From NCBI GenBank assembly GCA_035699205.1, contig DASSBA010000222.1, positions 33,988-97,987 on the forward strand: DNA of 64,000 bases. Direction: 5' to 3'. The translations under genes were made by a program, and so were the position numbers. This stretch comes from Gemmatimonadales bacterium. Its GTDB lineage: Bacteria > Gemmatimonadota > Gemmatimonadetes > Gemmatimonadales > GWC2-71-9. The notes beneath the pieces were generated by a model. That model was given only the letters and a program-made list of their open reading frames with translations. It did no database searches and was not told the origin of the DNA. Shown one piece after another: positions 1 through 9,129 of this stretch. How positions within the stretch are numbered: the first letter of the stretch is position 1; every line of letters begins with the position of its first letter.

Positions 1-22
1 GTCACCGCCGCCCATCCCGCAT

Positions 23-697
23 GTGAGGACCACCGTGACCGAACTCGAGCGCTTCTTCCGGCGGCTCGTGGCCAACCTCGTGGCGGACGACCCGGCGCGC
101 CTGCACCAGCCGCTCCCGCTCGAGGAGATCCACGGTTCCATCGTTCCCTACCGCTCCAACCGCCGCGCGCTCGGCCTCGAGAGCAGCGAGGATTACGAGC
201 TGGTGCTGCTGCGCCTCTGCGCGGGCGAAGGCGGCTTCGTGCGCACCGAGCCCGAGGAGGCGCGCGCCGGGTTCGCCGAGGAGCTCCGGAGCCCCAACCC
301 CGATCTCGGGGTCCTGCACCGGTTCGAGCACGTCGTGCTTTCCCTGCGCCCCACGCCGCTCGCGCGGGCGCTCGCACCCGAGCCGGATCCCCATCTGCCG
401 TACGCGCCGCCGTTGCCGCCGCCGATCGCCGGCATCGCCGAGCCCGCGCTCGACCTGCCCCCGCCCGAGCCGCTCGACCAGCCTGCGGTCGGCGGCGGCG
501 CGGAGCCCGAGGGGGTAGCTTCCGGGGAGCCCCGCTGCCTCCACTGCGACGGAGTCCTGCCGGCAGACCGGCCGGCCCGGTTCTGCCCCCACTGCGGGCA
601 GCGCCAGGCGCCGCCCGAGTGCCCGCGCTGTCACAGCGCGGTGGAGGCCGGCTGGCGGCACTGCGTGAACTGCGGGACGGCGCTGGGCGCCGGGTAG
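23..697 (+). CDS. hypothetical protein with C-terminal double zinc-ribbon
   Basis: ORF track 224 aa. The C-terminus has two CxxC...CxxC pairs (CLHC..CPHC, CPRC..CVNC) after a Pro/Ala-rich linker. The frame is open to the window edge, so the true start may lie upstream. Confidence 0.5.
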   Translation: MRTTVTELERFFRRLVANLVADDPARLHQPLPLEEIHGSIVPYRSNRRALGLESSEDYELVLLRLCAGEGGFVRTEPEEARAGFAEELRSPNPDLGVLHRFEHVVLSLRPTPLARALAPEPDPHLPYAPPLPPPIAGIAEPALDLPPPEPLDQPAVGGGAEPEGVASGEPRCLHCDGVLPADRPARFCPHCGQRQAPPECPRCHSAVEAGWRHCVNCGTALGAG

Positions 698-712
698 CCG
701 GGAGGTGCATCC

Positions 713-1969
713 ATGCTCTGGGATTCCACGGTGCGGCCGCAGGACGTGCTGGCGGTCATCATGGGCGGCGGTGCGGGAACGCGGCTCTTCCCCCTGACGA
801 AGGATCGCGCCAAGCCGGCCGTCCCACTGGCCGGCAAGTACCGGCTGGTGGACATCCCCATCAGCAATTGCCTCAACGCCGATCTTCGCCGGATCTTCCT
901 GCTCACCCAGTTCAACAGCGGCTCGCTGCACCGGCACATCCAGGAGAGCTACCGGTTCGACAGCTTCTCGCCCGGGTTCGTGGAAATCCTCGCCGCCGAG
1001 CAGCGGCCCGACCGCACCGATTGGTATCAGGGCACCGCCGACGCCGTGCGGCAGAACCTGATCCACCTGAACTCCTACCAGCACCGGCTGGTGCTCATCC
1101 TCTCGGGCGACCAGCTCTTCCGGATGGACTGCCGCGCGCTGCTCCAGCAGCACGTGGCCAGTGGAGCGGAGGTGACGGTGGCCACCACGCCGGTGCATGC
1201 GGGCGTGGCGGGCGCATTCGGCATCATGGAGGTGGCGGAGGACGGCCGGATCACCCGGTTCGTGGAGAAGCCGAAGGACCCCGCCGTGCAGGCCACGCTC
1301 CGCGGCTATCCCGACGCGCTCCCCGCCTCGATGGGGATCTACGTCTTCAGCCGTGAGTCGCTGGCCGACGCGCTTTCGGGGAGCGAGGTGGACTTCGGCA
1401 AGCACGTCATCCCCCGGCTCATCGAGAGCCGGAGGGTGCACGCCTTCCGCCACGAGGGCTATTGGGAGGACATCGGTACGATCCGCGCATTCTACGAGGC
1501 CAACCTCGATCTCTGCGAGCCGCTCCCGCAGTTCAACTTCTACGACGCGAGCGCGCCGATCTTCACCCACGCGCGCTACCTGCCGGCCACCAAGATCATC
1601 AAGAGCCGGATCGAGCGCTCGGTCATCTCCGACGGCTGCATCATCAACGACGCCGTGATCGAACACTCGCTGCTCGGCATCCGGAGCCGGATCCAGGCCG
1701 GCGCCACCATCCGCGACAGCCTCATCATGGGCCAGGACTACTACGACAGCCCCGAGCGGGTGCCGGTGCCCGGGGCGCCGACGATGGGGATCGGGCACGA
1801 AAGCTGGATCGAGCGCACGATCGTGGACAAGAACGCACGGATCGGCGATGGCGTCCGCATTACCCCCGACGGCAAGCCCGCCTATTTCGACGGCCCCAAC
1901 TACTACGTCCGCGACGGGATCGTGATCATCCCGAAGAACGCGATCATCATGGGCGGCACGATGATCTGA
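713..1969 (+). CDS. glgC: glucose-1-phosphate adenylyltransferase (ADP-glucose pyrophosphorylase)
   Basis: 418 aa. N-terminal GGGAGTRLFPLT and KPAVPLAGKYRLVDIP motifs, EKP, WEDIGT, and a C-terminal beta-helix region typical of GlgC. Confidence 0.9.
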   Translation: MLWDSTVRPQDVLAVIMGGGAGTRLFPLTKDRAKPAVPLAGKYRLVDIPISNCLNADLRRIFLLTQFNSGSLHRHIQESYRFDSFSPGFVEILAAEQRPDRTDWYQGTADAVRQNLIHLNSYQHRLVLILSGDQLFRMDCRALLQQHVASGAEVTVATTPVHAGVAGAFGIMEVAEDGRITRFVEKPKDPAVQATLRGYPDALPASMGIYVFSRESLADALSGSEVDFGKHVIPRLIESRRVHAFRHEGYWEDIGTIRAFYEANLDLCEPLPQFNFYDASAPIFTHARYLPATKIIKSRIERSVISDGCIINDAVIEHSLLGIRSRIQAGATIRDSLIMGQDYYDSPERVPVPGAPTMGIGHESWIERTIVDKNARIGDGVRITPDGKPAYFDGPNYYVRDGIVIIPKNAIIMGGTMI

Positions 1970-2110
1970 CTGTCGCGTTTGCGACGCGGCCTGCCTGATT
2001 TGCGGCACATCCCTACATCGGAATACGGCCATCGGTCGGAGGGGAATGGGACTTGCCTGTGGGGCGGCGACCCCGCGCAAAGCCGAACCCCGCACCCCGC
2101 AAAGGACGCC

Positions 2111-3073
2111 ATGGCGACCCTGCGACCGGTCCTCGCGACGACCTGTCTTGCAATCCTCCTGACGGGCACCCTCGGGGCCCAGGACGCAGCGCCCGCACCG
2201 GCCGCACCGGCGCTCGATACCACCGCGGATATCCTGGTGCTGGATCGCGACTTCACCAGCGGCGCGCAGGAGTTCGCCCGGGTCTTCCTCGAGCGTGGAC
2301 AGGTCTACCGCGGTGAGCTGAACTCCGCCGACGTGACGCTCGAGATCCGCTCGCTCGGCGGCAGGATCGCGGCCCCCCGCGTGTACCCGCTGCTGGGCCC
2401 CGAGTCCTCGAGCGAGGCCTCGGTCGTCGAGCTCTATCCCGACGTGGACGGGGTCTACGAAATCCGCACGGTGACGGGAACCGGGTCGGGCGTCGGGGCC
2501 CGCCTGCGGCTCTATCGTGATGTCCGGGAGTCGCACCGCAGGATGGCGGTTCTCGCCAGGCCCGGATGGGGAATCGGATTCGAGCTCGGCACCGGATGGC
2601 ACAGCGGGTTTGCCCAGCGCGCCGGGACTCTCCCGGCGCCCACGGCCGACCCGCATGCCGGCACGGATGTGGAAGCCTGCTTCTCCGCGCGAGCCCCTCG
2701 CGGGGCCAGCCTCTGCGTCTTCGGTGTGGGCTACCAGAGCCAGGCCGCGGCCCGGAGCATTCTCTGGTTCTACACCGAACCGCGGATACGGCTGATTGGA
2801 CGCGGTGCCCCCGGGCGGTCCAACTGGGAGCTCGGCGCGCTTTTTCGGTTCGGCCTGGGGAGCATCGAACGGACCTCCACCACACCCGCGATGCTCGCGC
2901 CCGGCGCCTACATCGCGCGGCAGATCCGGTCCAACGACCACGGCGGCGGCTGGAGCATCCAGGGCTCCTATAGCCATGCTTTCTACAACGGATTTCGGAC
3001 CCCCCTGGGAAGCACGGGCGACGAGCATCCGCACAGCGACCGCCTCGCCCTCGGACTCGGCTGGTACCAATAG
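2111..3073 (+). CDS. hypothetical secreted / outer-membrane-like protein
   Basis: Start moved to the internal ATG at 2111, which gives the signal peptide MATLRPVLATTCLAILLTGTLGAQD. Gly/aromatic-rich C-terminal half ends in LGLGWYQ. No family recognised. Confidence 0.5.
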   Translation: MATLRPVLATTCLAILLTGTLGAQDAAPAPAAPALDTTADILVLDRDFTSGAQEFARVFLERGQVYRGELNSADVTLEIRSLGGRIAAPRVYPLLGPESSSEASVVELYPDVDGVYEIRTVTGTGSGVGARLRLYRDVRESHRRMAVLARPGWGIGFELGTGWHSGFAQRAGTLPAPTADPHAGTDVEACFSARAPRGASLCVFGVGYQSQAAARSILWFYTEPRIRLIGRGAPGRSNWELGALFRFGLGSIERTSTTPAMLAPGAYIARQIRSNDHGGGWSIQGSYSHAFYNGFRTPLGSTGDEHPHSDRLALGLGWYQ

Positions 3074-3127
3074 ACTCTGCCGTTTCCTTGAAGTAGGTCT
3101 CCCGCACGGGCATATTCCCCCCAGAAT

Positions 3128-4375
3128 GTGCCGCGCCCGTTCCACCCCCCGGAGCTCCGCCGCGTGATCTCGGCCGGCCGCGAGCTCGGTGTCGTATTCC
3201 TTTCCGGAGTGCGCACCGGTTTCGGCGCATTCGGCGGTGCGCTCAAGGATCTGTCCGCAACCGATCTCGGCGCCACGGCCGCGCGCGCCGCCCTCGACCG
3301 GTCGGGGCTCGAGCCCGCGGCGGTCGACCACGTCGTCTTCGGCAACGTCCTCCAGACCAGCGCCGACGCCCCGTACCTCGCCCGCCACATCGGATTGCGC
3401 GCCGGCCTGCCGGTCGAGACGCCCGCGCTCACGGTGAATCGCCTGTGCGGCTCGGGATTCGAGGCCGTCATTCAGGCGGCCGGGCAGATTCTGCTGGGCC
3501 AGTCGCGGGTGGTGCTCGCCGGCGGCACCGAGTCGATGAGCCAGGCTCCGCACGTGGTGCGCGGAGCGCGGTGGGGGCTGAGGCTGGGCCCGCCGGCGCC
3601 GCTCGAAGACACCCTCTGGGAGGCGCTTCGCGACTCGGCCTGCGGCCTCTCGATGGCCGAGACGGCCGAGAAACTCGCCGAGCAGTACCGGATCGGGCGT
3701 GAGGCGGTGGACTGCTACGCCGCCCGGAGCCAGATGTGCGCGAAGGCCGCCTGGGACGCGGGGGCCTTCGCCGACGAGGTAGTTCCGGTCACGGTCAGGG
3801 ATCGGAAGACCCGCCAGGAGGCCGCATGGGCGGCGGACGAGCACATGCGCCCGGGCACCACCGTCGCCGCGCTGGCCAAGCTGCCGCCCTATTTCCGGAA
3901 GGACGGAGTCGTCACGGCGGGGAATGCATCCGGCATCTGTGACGGCGCGGCCGCGCTCGTGGTGGCCGGCGAGGGGTACGCGCGGGAGCGCGGGCTGCGG
4001 CCGATCGGCCGGCTGGTGGCGTGGGGGGTGGCCGGCGTGGACCCGGCAATCATGGGCATCGGGCCGGTCCCCGCCTCCCGCCGCGCGCTGGCGGCCGCGG
4101 GGCTCACGCTGGACGACATGGATCTGGTCGAGATCAACGAGGCGTTCGCCGCCCAGTACCTGGCCGTCGAGCAGGAGCTCGGGCTCGACCGCGAGCGCAC
4201 CAACACCGACGGCGGCGCCGTGGCGCTCGGCCACCCGCTCGGCGCGAGCGGCGCACGCCTCACCCTGCACCTGCTCCACGCGCTCCGCCGCCGCGGCGGC
4301 CGCTACGGCCTGGGGGCCGCGTGCATCGGCGGCGGGCAGGGCGCGGCCGTCGTGGTCGAAGCCCTGCCCGCCTGA
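3128..4375 (+). CDS. acetyl-CoA C-acetyltransferase (thiolase)
   Basis: NRLCGSG (nucleophilic Cys), [12 protein letters not shown], and C-terminal [12 protein letters not shown] thiolase signatures. Start is GTG 3128 or GTG 3164. Confidence 0.9.
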   Translation: MPRPFHPPELRRVISAGRELGVVFLSGVRTGFGAFGGALKDLSATDLGATAARAALDRSGLEPAAVDHVVFGNVLQTSADAPYLARHIGLRAGLPVETPALTVNRLCGSGFEAVIQAAGQILLGQSRVVLAGGTESMSQAPHVVRGARWGLRLGPPAPLEDTLWEALRDSACGLSMAETAEKLAEQYRIGREAVDCYAARSQMCAKAAWDAGAFADEVVPVTVRDRKTRQEAAWAADEHMRPGTTVAALAKLPPYFRKDGVVTAGNASGICDGAAALVVAGEGYARERGLRPIGRLVAWGVAGVDPAIMGIGPVPASRRALAAAGLTLDDMDLVEINEAFAAQYLAVEQELGLDRERTNTDGGAVALGHPLGASGARLTLHLLHALRRRGGRYGLGAACIGGGQGAAVVVEALPA

Positions 4376-4385
4376 GGAACGCATC

Positions 4386-5264
4386 ATGGACCTGCTGCTG
4401 CCACTCCTGCTCGTCGCCGTCCTCTACTCGTTCGTGAGCCTGCGTGTCATCCGGCAGTACGAGCGCGCGGTGGCCTTCTTTCTCGGACGCTACTGGGGCA
4501 CCAAGGGACCGGGGCTGATCTTCCTGCCGGCCGGTTTCGCCGCGCAGAAGCGCGTGTCGCTCCGGATCATGGCGCTGGACATCCCTCCGCAGGACGTGAT
4601 TACCCGCGACAACGTCTCGGTCAAGGTCAACGCCGTGCTCTACATGCGGGTGACGGACCCCGCGAAGGCCATCATCGAGATCGAAGATTACATGTACGCC
4701 ACCAGCCAGCTGGCGCAGACCACGCTCCGCTCGGTCCTGGGCGAGGTGGAGCTGGACGAGCTGCTGTCCGACCGCGAAAAGATCAACGCGGTGCTCAAGA
4801 AGATCATCGACGAGCGGACCGAGGCCTGGGGCATCGAGGTCTCGGCAGTCGAGGTGAAGGATGTCGACCTCCCCGACCAGATGAAGCGGGCCATGGCCCG
4901 CCAGGCCGAAGCGGAGCGCGAGCGCCGGGCCAAGGTCATCGCGGCGCAGGGCGAGCTTCAGGCGTCGGAGACACTGGCGGAGGCCGCCCGCAACCTCGCC
5001 GCCGAGCCGAGCGCCATCCAGCTCCGCTATCTCCAGACGGTCACCGAGATCGCCGCGGAGAACAATTCGACGACGATCTTCCCCATCCCGATCGAGCTGT
5101 TCCGCCCGTTCCTGCAGACGCAGGCCGCGCGCCCGGCCGCCGCGCCGGCCCCCGCGCCGGCCCTCGAGGCGGAGCCGCCCGATGCCGCGCTCCCGGCCGC
5201 CGACCTCTCGGCCCTGATGTCCTCGCTCCGCCTGAACGCGGCCCGGACTCCGCCGCAGGAATAG
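4386..5264 (+). CDS. SPFH/band-7 (stomatin-like) membrane protein
   Basis: ATG at 4386 inside the longer track ORF. N-terminal TM helix, then [10 protein letters not shown]... band-7 core and an [20 protein letters not shown] coiled-coil. Ala/Pro-rich tail. Confidence 0.85.
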   Translation: MDLLLPLLLVAVLYSFVSLRVIRQYERAVAFFLGRYWGTKGPGLIFLPAGFAAQKRVSLRIMALDIPPQDVITRDNVSVKVNAVLYMRVTDPAKAIIEIEDYMYATSQLAQTTLRSVLGEVELDELLSDREKINAVLKKIIDERTEAWGIEVSAVEVKDVDLPDQMKRAMARQAEAERERRAKVIAAQGELQASETLAEAARNLAAEPSAIQLRYLQTVTEIAAENNSTTIFPIPIELFRPFLQTQAARPAAAPAPAPALEAEPPDAALPAADLSALMSSLRLNAARTPPQE

Positions 5265-5265
5265 C

Positions 5266-6093
5266 ATGACGGAGGGGACCCCGGCCCGGATCGATCGGGC
5301 GGCACTCGAGCGGATCATCCAGCGGGCGGCCGAGCTGCAGACCGCGGAGCACGGCCCCGGCGAGGAGTTGACCTCCGACCAGGTCCTGGCCCTCGGGCGC
5401 GAGGTGGGAATTCCGGGACGCTACCTCCAGCAGGCGATGCTGGAGGAGCGGACGCGTCTGGTGACGGTGCAGCCGGCGGGAGCCTGGGAACGGATCGCCG
5501 GGCCCCCGCGGGTCAGCGCCCAGCGGGCCGTACCCGGGACGGTGGCGGAAATCGAGAGCGCACTGGTCAGGTGGATGGAGGAGAAGGAGCTGCTCTGCAT
5601 CCAGCGCCGCCAGCCGGGCCGGATCACCTGGGAGCCGCTTGGCGGGATGGCGGCCGCCGTGCGCCGCGGCGCCGCGGCCCTCAACCGCGGCACCGCGGCG
5701 ATGATGCTCGCCCGGTCGGACACCGTCTCGGCCACGGTGCTCGCGCTCGAGCCGGGGCGATGTCACGTCACGCTGGTGGCCGAGGCTCGGCGCGCTCGCG
5801 CGGAATATGTCGGCGGCGGGGTGGCGCTTGCCGGGGCGGGAGTGCTGGGCGCCGGGGTGATGGCCGTGCTTGGCGCGCTCCTGCCCGTGATGCTCATCCC
5901 CGTGCCGCTGGCCCTGGGGCTCGGATACGGAGTGGCCCGCCAGTACCGGCCGGCGCTGGCCCGCATCCAGCTCGGGCTCGAGCGCGCGCTGGATCAGCTC
6001 GAGCAGGGTGGGATGCAGATCCAGCGCCAGTTGCCCCGCAGGCAGGGGCTGATCGGCATGGTGGCGGAGGAGATCCGGCGGTCGTTGCGCTAG
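5266..6093 (+). CDS. hypothetical membrane protein coupled to the SPFH gene
   Basis: ATG lies 1 nt after the SPFH stop. Soluble N-terminal half, then two Gly/Ala/Leu-rich TM segments near the C-terminus. Not NfeD-like by eye. Confidence 0.5.
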   Translation: MTEGTPARIDRAALERIIQRAAELQTAEHGPGEELTSDQVLALGREVGIPGRYLQQAMLEERTRLVTVQPAGAWERIAGPPRVSAQRAVPGTVAEIESALVRWMEEKELLCIQRRQPGRITWEPLGGMAAAVRRGAAALNRGTAAMMLARSDTVSATVLALEPGRCHVTLVAEARRARAEYVGGGVALAGAGVLGAGVMAVLGALLPVMLIPVPLALGLGYGVARQYRPALARIQLGLERALDQLEQGGMQIQRQLPRRQGLIGMVAEEIRRSLR

Positions 6094-6116
6094 CGGGGCT
6101 TCCGAAGAGGAGAACC

Positions 6117-7004
6117 ATGCCCGAGATCTCCCGCGTCGGCGTCCTGGGCTGCGGCCTGATGGGCAGCGGCATCGCCCAGACCGCCGCAACGGCGGGATTC
6201 GCGACGCTCGTCCGGGACGTCGAGGACGGACTGCTCGCCCGCGGGGAGGCCGCGATCCAGCAGTCGCTGGACAAGCTGGTCGAGAAGGGGAAGCTCGAGG
6301 CCGCGGCGCGTCAGAGCGCACTCGAGCGGCTCACCTTCACGACAGCGCTCGCCGACTTCACCGGGTGCGACCTCGTCCTGGAAGCGGTCACCGAAGAGCT
6401 CGGGCTCAAGAACGATCTCTGGCGCGCCCTCGACGGCCTCTGCCCGCCCCACACCATCTTCGCGTCCAACACGTCCAGTCTTTCCATCGGCGACATGGCG
6501 GCGGCCACCGGGCGGTCGGATCGCTTCGTCGGCCTCCATTTCTTCAATCCCGTGCCGCTCATGCCGTTGGTGGAGGTCGTGCGGGCGGTCACCACCTCGC
6601 GGGAGGTGTTCGAGCACGCCATGGCGTTCGCGCGGCGGCTGGGGAAGGAGCCGATCGCGACGCGCGACCGCTCGGGCTTCGTGGTGAACCGGCTGCTGGT
6701 GCCGTACCTGCTGGACGCGGTCCGGGCGTTGGAGCAGGGCGTGGCCTCCGCCGCCGACATCGATCGCGGGATGCGGCTCGGCTGCGGGCATCCGATGGGC
6801 CCGCTGACGCTGCTGGATTTCGTCGGACTGGACACCGTGAGCCGGATCGCGGAGATCATGTTCGACGAGTACCGGGAGGCGCGATACGCCCCGCCCCCGC
6901 TGCTGCGGCGGCTGGTGACGGCGGGTCACCATGGCCGGAAATCGGGCCGGGGGTTTTATGATTATGCGTCCGACCCCCCGATTCCCATCGATCCCGGACT
7001 CTGA
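6117..7004 (+). CDS. hbd: 3-hydroxybutyryl-CoA / 3-hydroxyacyl-CoA dehydrogenase
   Basis: ATG 6117 preceded by GAGGAG. Contains VLGCGLMGSGIA (GxGxxG), SNTSSLSI, HFFNPVPLMPLVEV, GFVVNR. Confidence 0.9.
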   Translation: MPEISRVGVLGCGLMGSGIAQTAATAGFATLVRDVEDGLLARGEAAIQQSLDKLVEKGKLEAAARQSALERLTFTTALADFTGCDLVLEAVTEELGLKNDLWRALDGLCPPHTIFASNTSSLSIGDMAAATGRSDRFVGLHFFNPVPLMPLVEVVRAVTTSREVFEHAMAFARRLGKEPIATRDRSGFVVNRLLVPYLLDAVRALEQGVASAADIDRGMRLGCGHPMGPLTLLDFVGLDTVSRIAEIMFDEYREARYAPPPLLRRLVTAGHHGRKSGRGFYDYASDPPIPIDPGL

Positions 7005-7013
7005 GGAGACTCG

Positions 7014-7631
7014 ATGCTCGGCTACGACTGGCCGCGTCTGCACGCTGCCCTGAACGACCTGCCCGCCGCCCTGCTCCTGATCGCGGTGCTGTTCGACCTG
7101 GCCGCCGCCCTCGCGCGCCGGCCCGCGCTCCGGGTCATCGGGTTTGCCGTCATGCTGGTCGGCGCGGTCGGCGGCATCCTGGCCGTGGTGTCCGGGCTGC
7201 AGGCGGAGGAGCACATCGCCCACGGCGAGGCGGTACACCGGATAATGGAAACCCACGAGACGCTCGCCCTGGTCACGCTGGGCATCTTCGGGGTGCTCGC
7301 CCTCTGGCGGGTCTTCCGGGAGCGGCGGATGGGGGCGACCGAACGCGGCGTGACGCTCGCGCTCTCGCTGGGTGGCGTGGGGGTCCTGATCGCGACGGCG
7401 GTGTTGGGCGGCCGGCTGGTGTTCGAGCACGCGGCGGGGATCCCGACGGAAGTGCTGCAGGAGGAAATGCACGAGCGGGCGGAGGGCCATCACCATCACG
7501 GAGGTGAAGCGGACGAGGCCGACCACGATCACGACGCCGACCCGACGGCTCCGAGCTCCTCGGCCGCGCCGGATTCCGCGGAGCCTGCCGGGCACACGCA
7601 CGCCCCCGGCACGCCGCCGCATCAGGACTGA
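7014..7631 (+). CDS. DUF2231-like membrane protein with His/Asp-rich tail
   Basis: Four predicted TM helices in a DUF2231-like arrangement (family recalled from memory). C-terminal tail is HHHHGGEADEADHDHDAD...GHTHAPG. Confidence 0.6.
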   Translation: MLGYDWPRLHAALNDLPAALLLIAVLFDLAAALARRPALRVIGFAVMLVGAVGGILAVVSGLQAEEHIAHGEAVHRIMETHETLALVTLGIFGVLALWRVFRERRMGATERGVTLALSLGGVGVLIATAVLGGRLVFEHAAGIPTEVLQEEMHERAEGHHHHGGEADEADHDHDADPTAPSSSAAPDSAEPAGHTHAPGTPPHQD

Positions 7632-7635
7632 TACG

Positions 7636-8253
7636 ATGCGTTTCGGGGCGGCGGTGTGGCTGATCGGAGCCGGGCTCGTGGCCTGCCAGCCCCTGACCAC
7701 CAGGCCGCCGTATCCGCCCGTGCCGGAGGCCGCGACGACCGAAGTCCGCCTGGTGCCCCGGGAGGCCACCCGCCTGCTGGCCGACGGGCTCCAGCGGGAC
7801 TCGATACCGATGTCCCGCGTCGAGCTGCGAGACGCATGGCTCGAGACCGGCTGGTTCGATACGGCGACCGGCAGGCGCACCAACCACCGCCGCGTCGGCC
7901 CCGGCGTGGTACGGGTTCACGCGTGGTCCGACCCTACCCGTCCCGGGTTCAGCAAGATCACCGTCGAGACGACCTACCGGCCGGTGGCGGACCCGTCGCT
8001 CCCCGACCGCGCGCTCGACCGTCAGGTGCCGCGGGACCATCCGGTCGCGGTAAAGATGCGGGCGGCGCTGGCTGATCTCGTGAAACAGTACGGCGGGCCG
8101 CCGGTGCCCACCGCCCAGCCGCGCGCGGCGCCGGAGGCGGGCGAGGAGGCCGGCCCACCGGCGCCGGGGGAGGTGTCGCCCGCGGACGAGGCGCCACCCG
8201 AGGACGACTTGCCCGCCGACGACGCTCCGCCGACGGAGCAGGTGACGCCATGA
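7636..8253 (+). CDS. hypothetical lipoprotein
   Basis: ATG 7636. Lipobox-like N-terminus MRFGAAVWLIGAGLVAC. Acidic Pro-rich C-terminal tail. Confidence 0.5.
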   Translation: MRFGAAVWLIGAGLVACQPLTTRPPYPPVPEAATTEVRLVPREATRLLADGLQRDSIPMSRVELRDAWLETGWFDTATGRRTNHRRVGPGVVRVHAWSDPTRPGFSKITVETTYRPVADPSLPDRALDRQVPRDHPVAVKMRAALADLVKQYGGPPVPTAQPRAAPEAGEEAGPPAPGEVSPADEAPPEDDLPADDAPPTEQVTP

Positions 8254-8272
8254 GCGGGGCCAGGCTGCCGTT

Positions 8273-8286
8273 TACCGCTTACCGCT
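8273..8286. repeat. tandem heptamer TACCGCT x2 in a convergent intergenic gap
   Basis: taccgcttaccgct lies between the stops at 8253 (+) and 8307 (-). The 13-mer accgcttaccgct recurs at 21214-21226. Confidence 0.6.
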
Positions 8287-8306
8287 GATCCCCAGCCGCG
8301 CTCCCC

Positions 8307-9101
8307 TCACACCACATACGCCCGCACCCACTCCTCGAGCTGCCCGAGGTTCAGCACCGCGTCCTTGCACGGCCCCGACGGCAGCGTCATGGTGAGGCCG
8401 AGCACCGGGATTTTCCCGGCCACGTCATGCAGTCCGCTGACCATGTCCCGCTCGCAGGCCACCGCTACCACCGCGCGCGGCCGGCGCTCCCGGATGACCC
8501 GCCGGGCAAGCTGCCCGCGCGTGGCCACGAACACCGGCACCCCGTATCTCCCGGCGATGCCGAGTACGCCGTCCAGCGTCTCCTTGGAGAGGCACCGGGG
8601 GATGAGCAGCAGCAGCTCGCCCGTCCCGACCTTCCGTCCGCGGAGCAGCGCCAGCGCGTTGTACACCTTCACCGACGCGTTCTCCACCCAGTCCCGGCGG
8701 CCGAACCGCCCGGCCACCCGGGACGTGAGCCGCATCAGCCGAAGGAACGGCCCGCGCTCGGCGAGGCGCTCGGGGAGCAATGCGCGGCCGGTGGCGTATG
8801 AGAGAAAGAGCACGCCCCACCAGATCCAGAGCACGACCGCCGCGCCGGCGAGCACCGCCCAGAGGACGCGGGGAAGCCCGGCGTGGAGGTCGGCAAGCCG
8901 GGGGCCGAAGAGATAGAGTCCGAGCGCCACGAAGCCAAGACCCGCCACCAGCGCGAGCGCGGACCAGCTGAAGAAGAGTACCGGCGAGGCGTCGTAGTTC
9001 CCGCGGTTCGGCAGCGGCCGTCCGTCCCACTCGTCCCATTCGTGGCCGAGCCGGCGGTCCACGTCGATGTGAATGAGTTGCGCGCGGGGAGTCTCCGACA
9101 T
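8307..9101 (-). CDS. DUF116 domain-containing membrane protein
   Basis: 264 aa. Two to three N-terminal TM helices. C-terminal LLLLIPRCL...VAVACERD...PCKD pattern resembles DUF116 (from memory). Confidence 0.65.
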   Translation of the reverse strand: MSETPRAQLIHIDVDRRLGHEWDEWDGRPLPNRGNYDASPVLFFSWSALALVAGLGFVALGLYLFGPRLADLHAGLPRVLWAVLAGAAVVLWIWWGVLFLSYATGRALLPERLAERGPFLRLMRLTSRVAGRFGRRDWVENASVKVYNALALLRGRKVGTGELLLLIPRCLSKETLDGVLGIAGRYGVPVFVATRGQLARRVIRERRPRAVVAVACERDMVSGLHDVAGKIPVLGLTMTLPSGPCKDAVLNLGQLEEWVRAYVV

Positions 9102-9129
9102 ACGGAGACAAGATAGTTACCTTTGGCCC

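Noticed and set aside
2-4387. A 1461-aa ORF on the minus strand, the longest in the track.
   Set aside because: It runs antisense to glgC, the secreted protein gene, and the thiolase gene, all of which have clear family motifs. Its translation is Arg/Gly/Ala/Pro-rich low complexity. This is the typical stop-codon-poor antisense frame of very GC-rich DNA.
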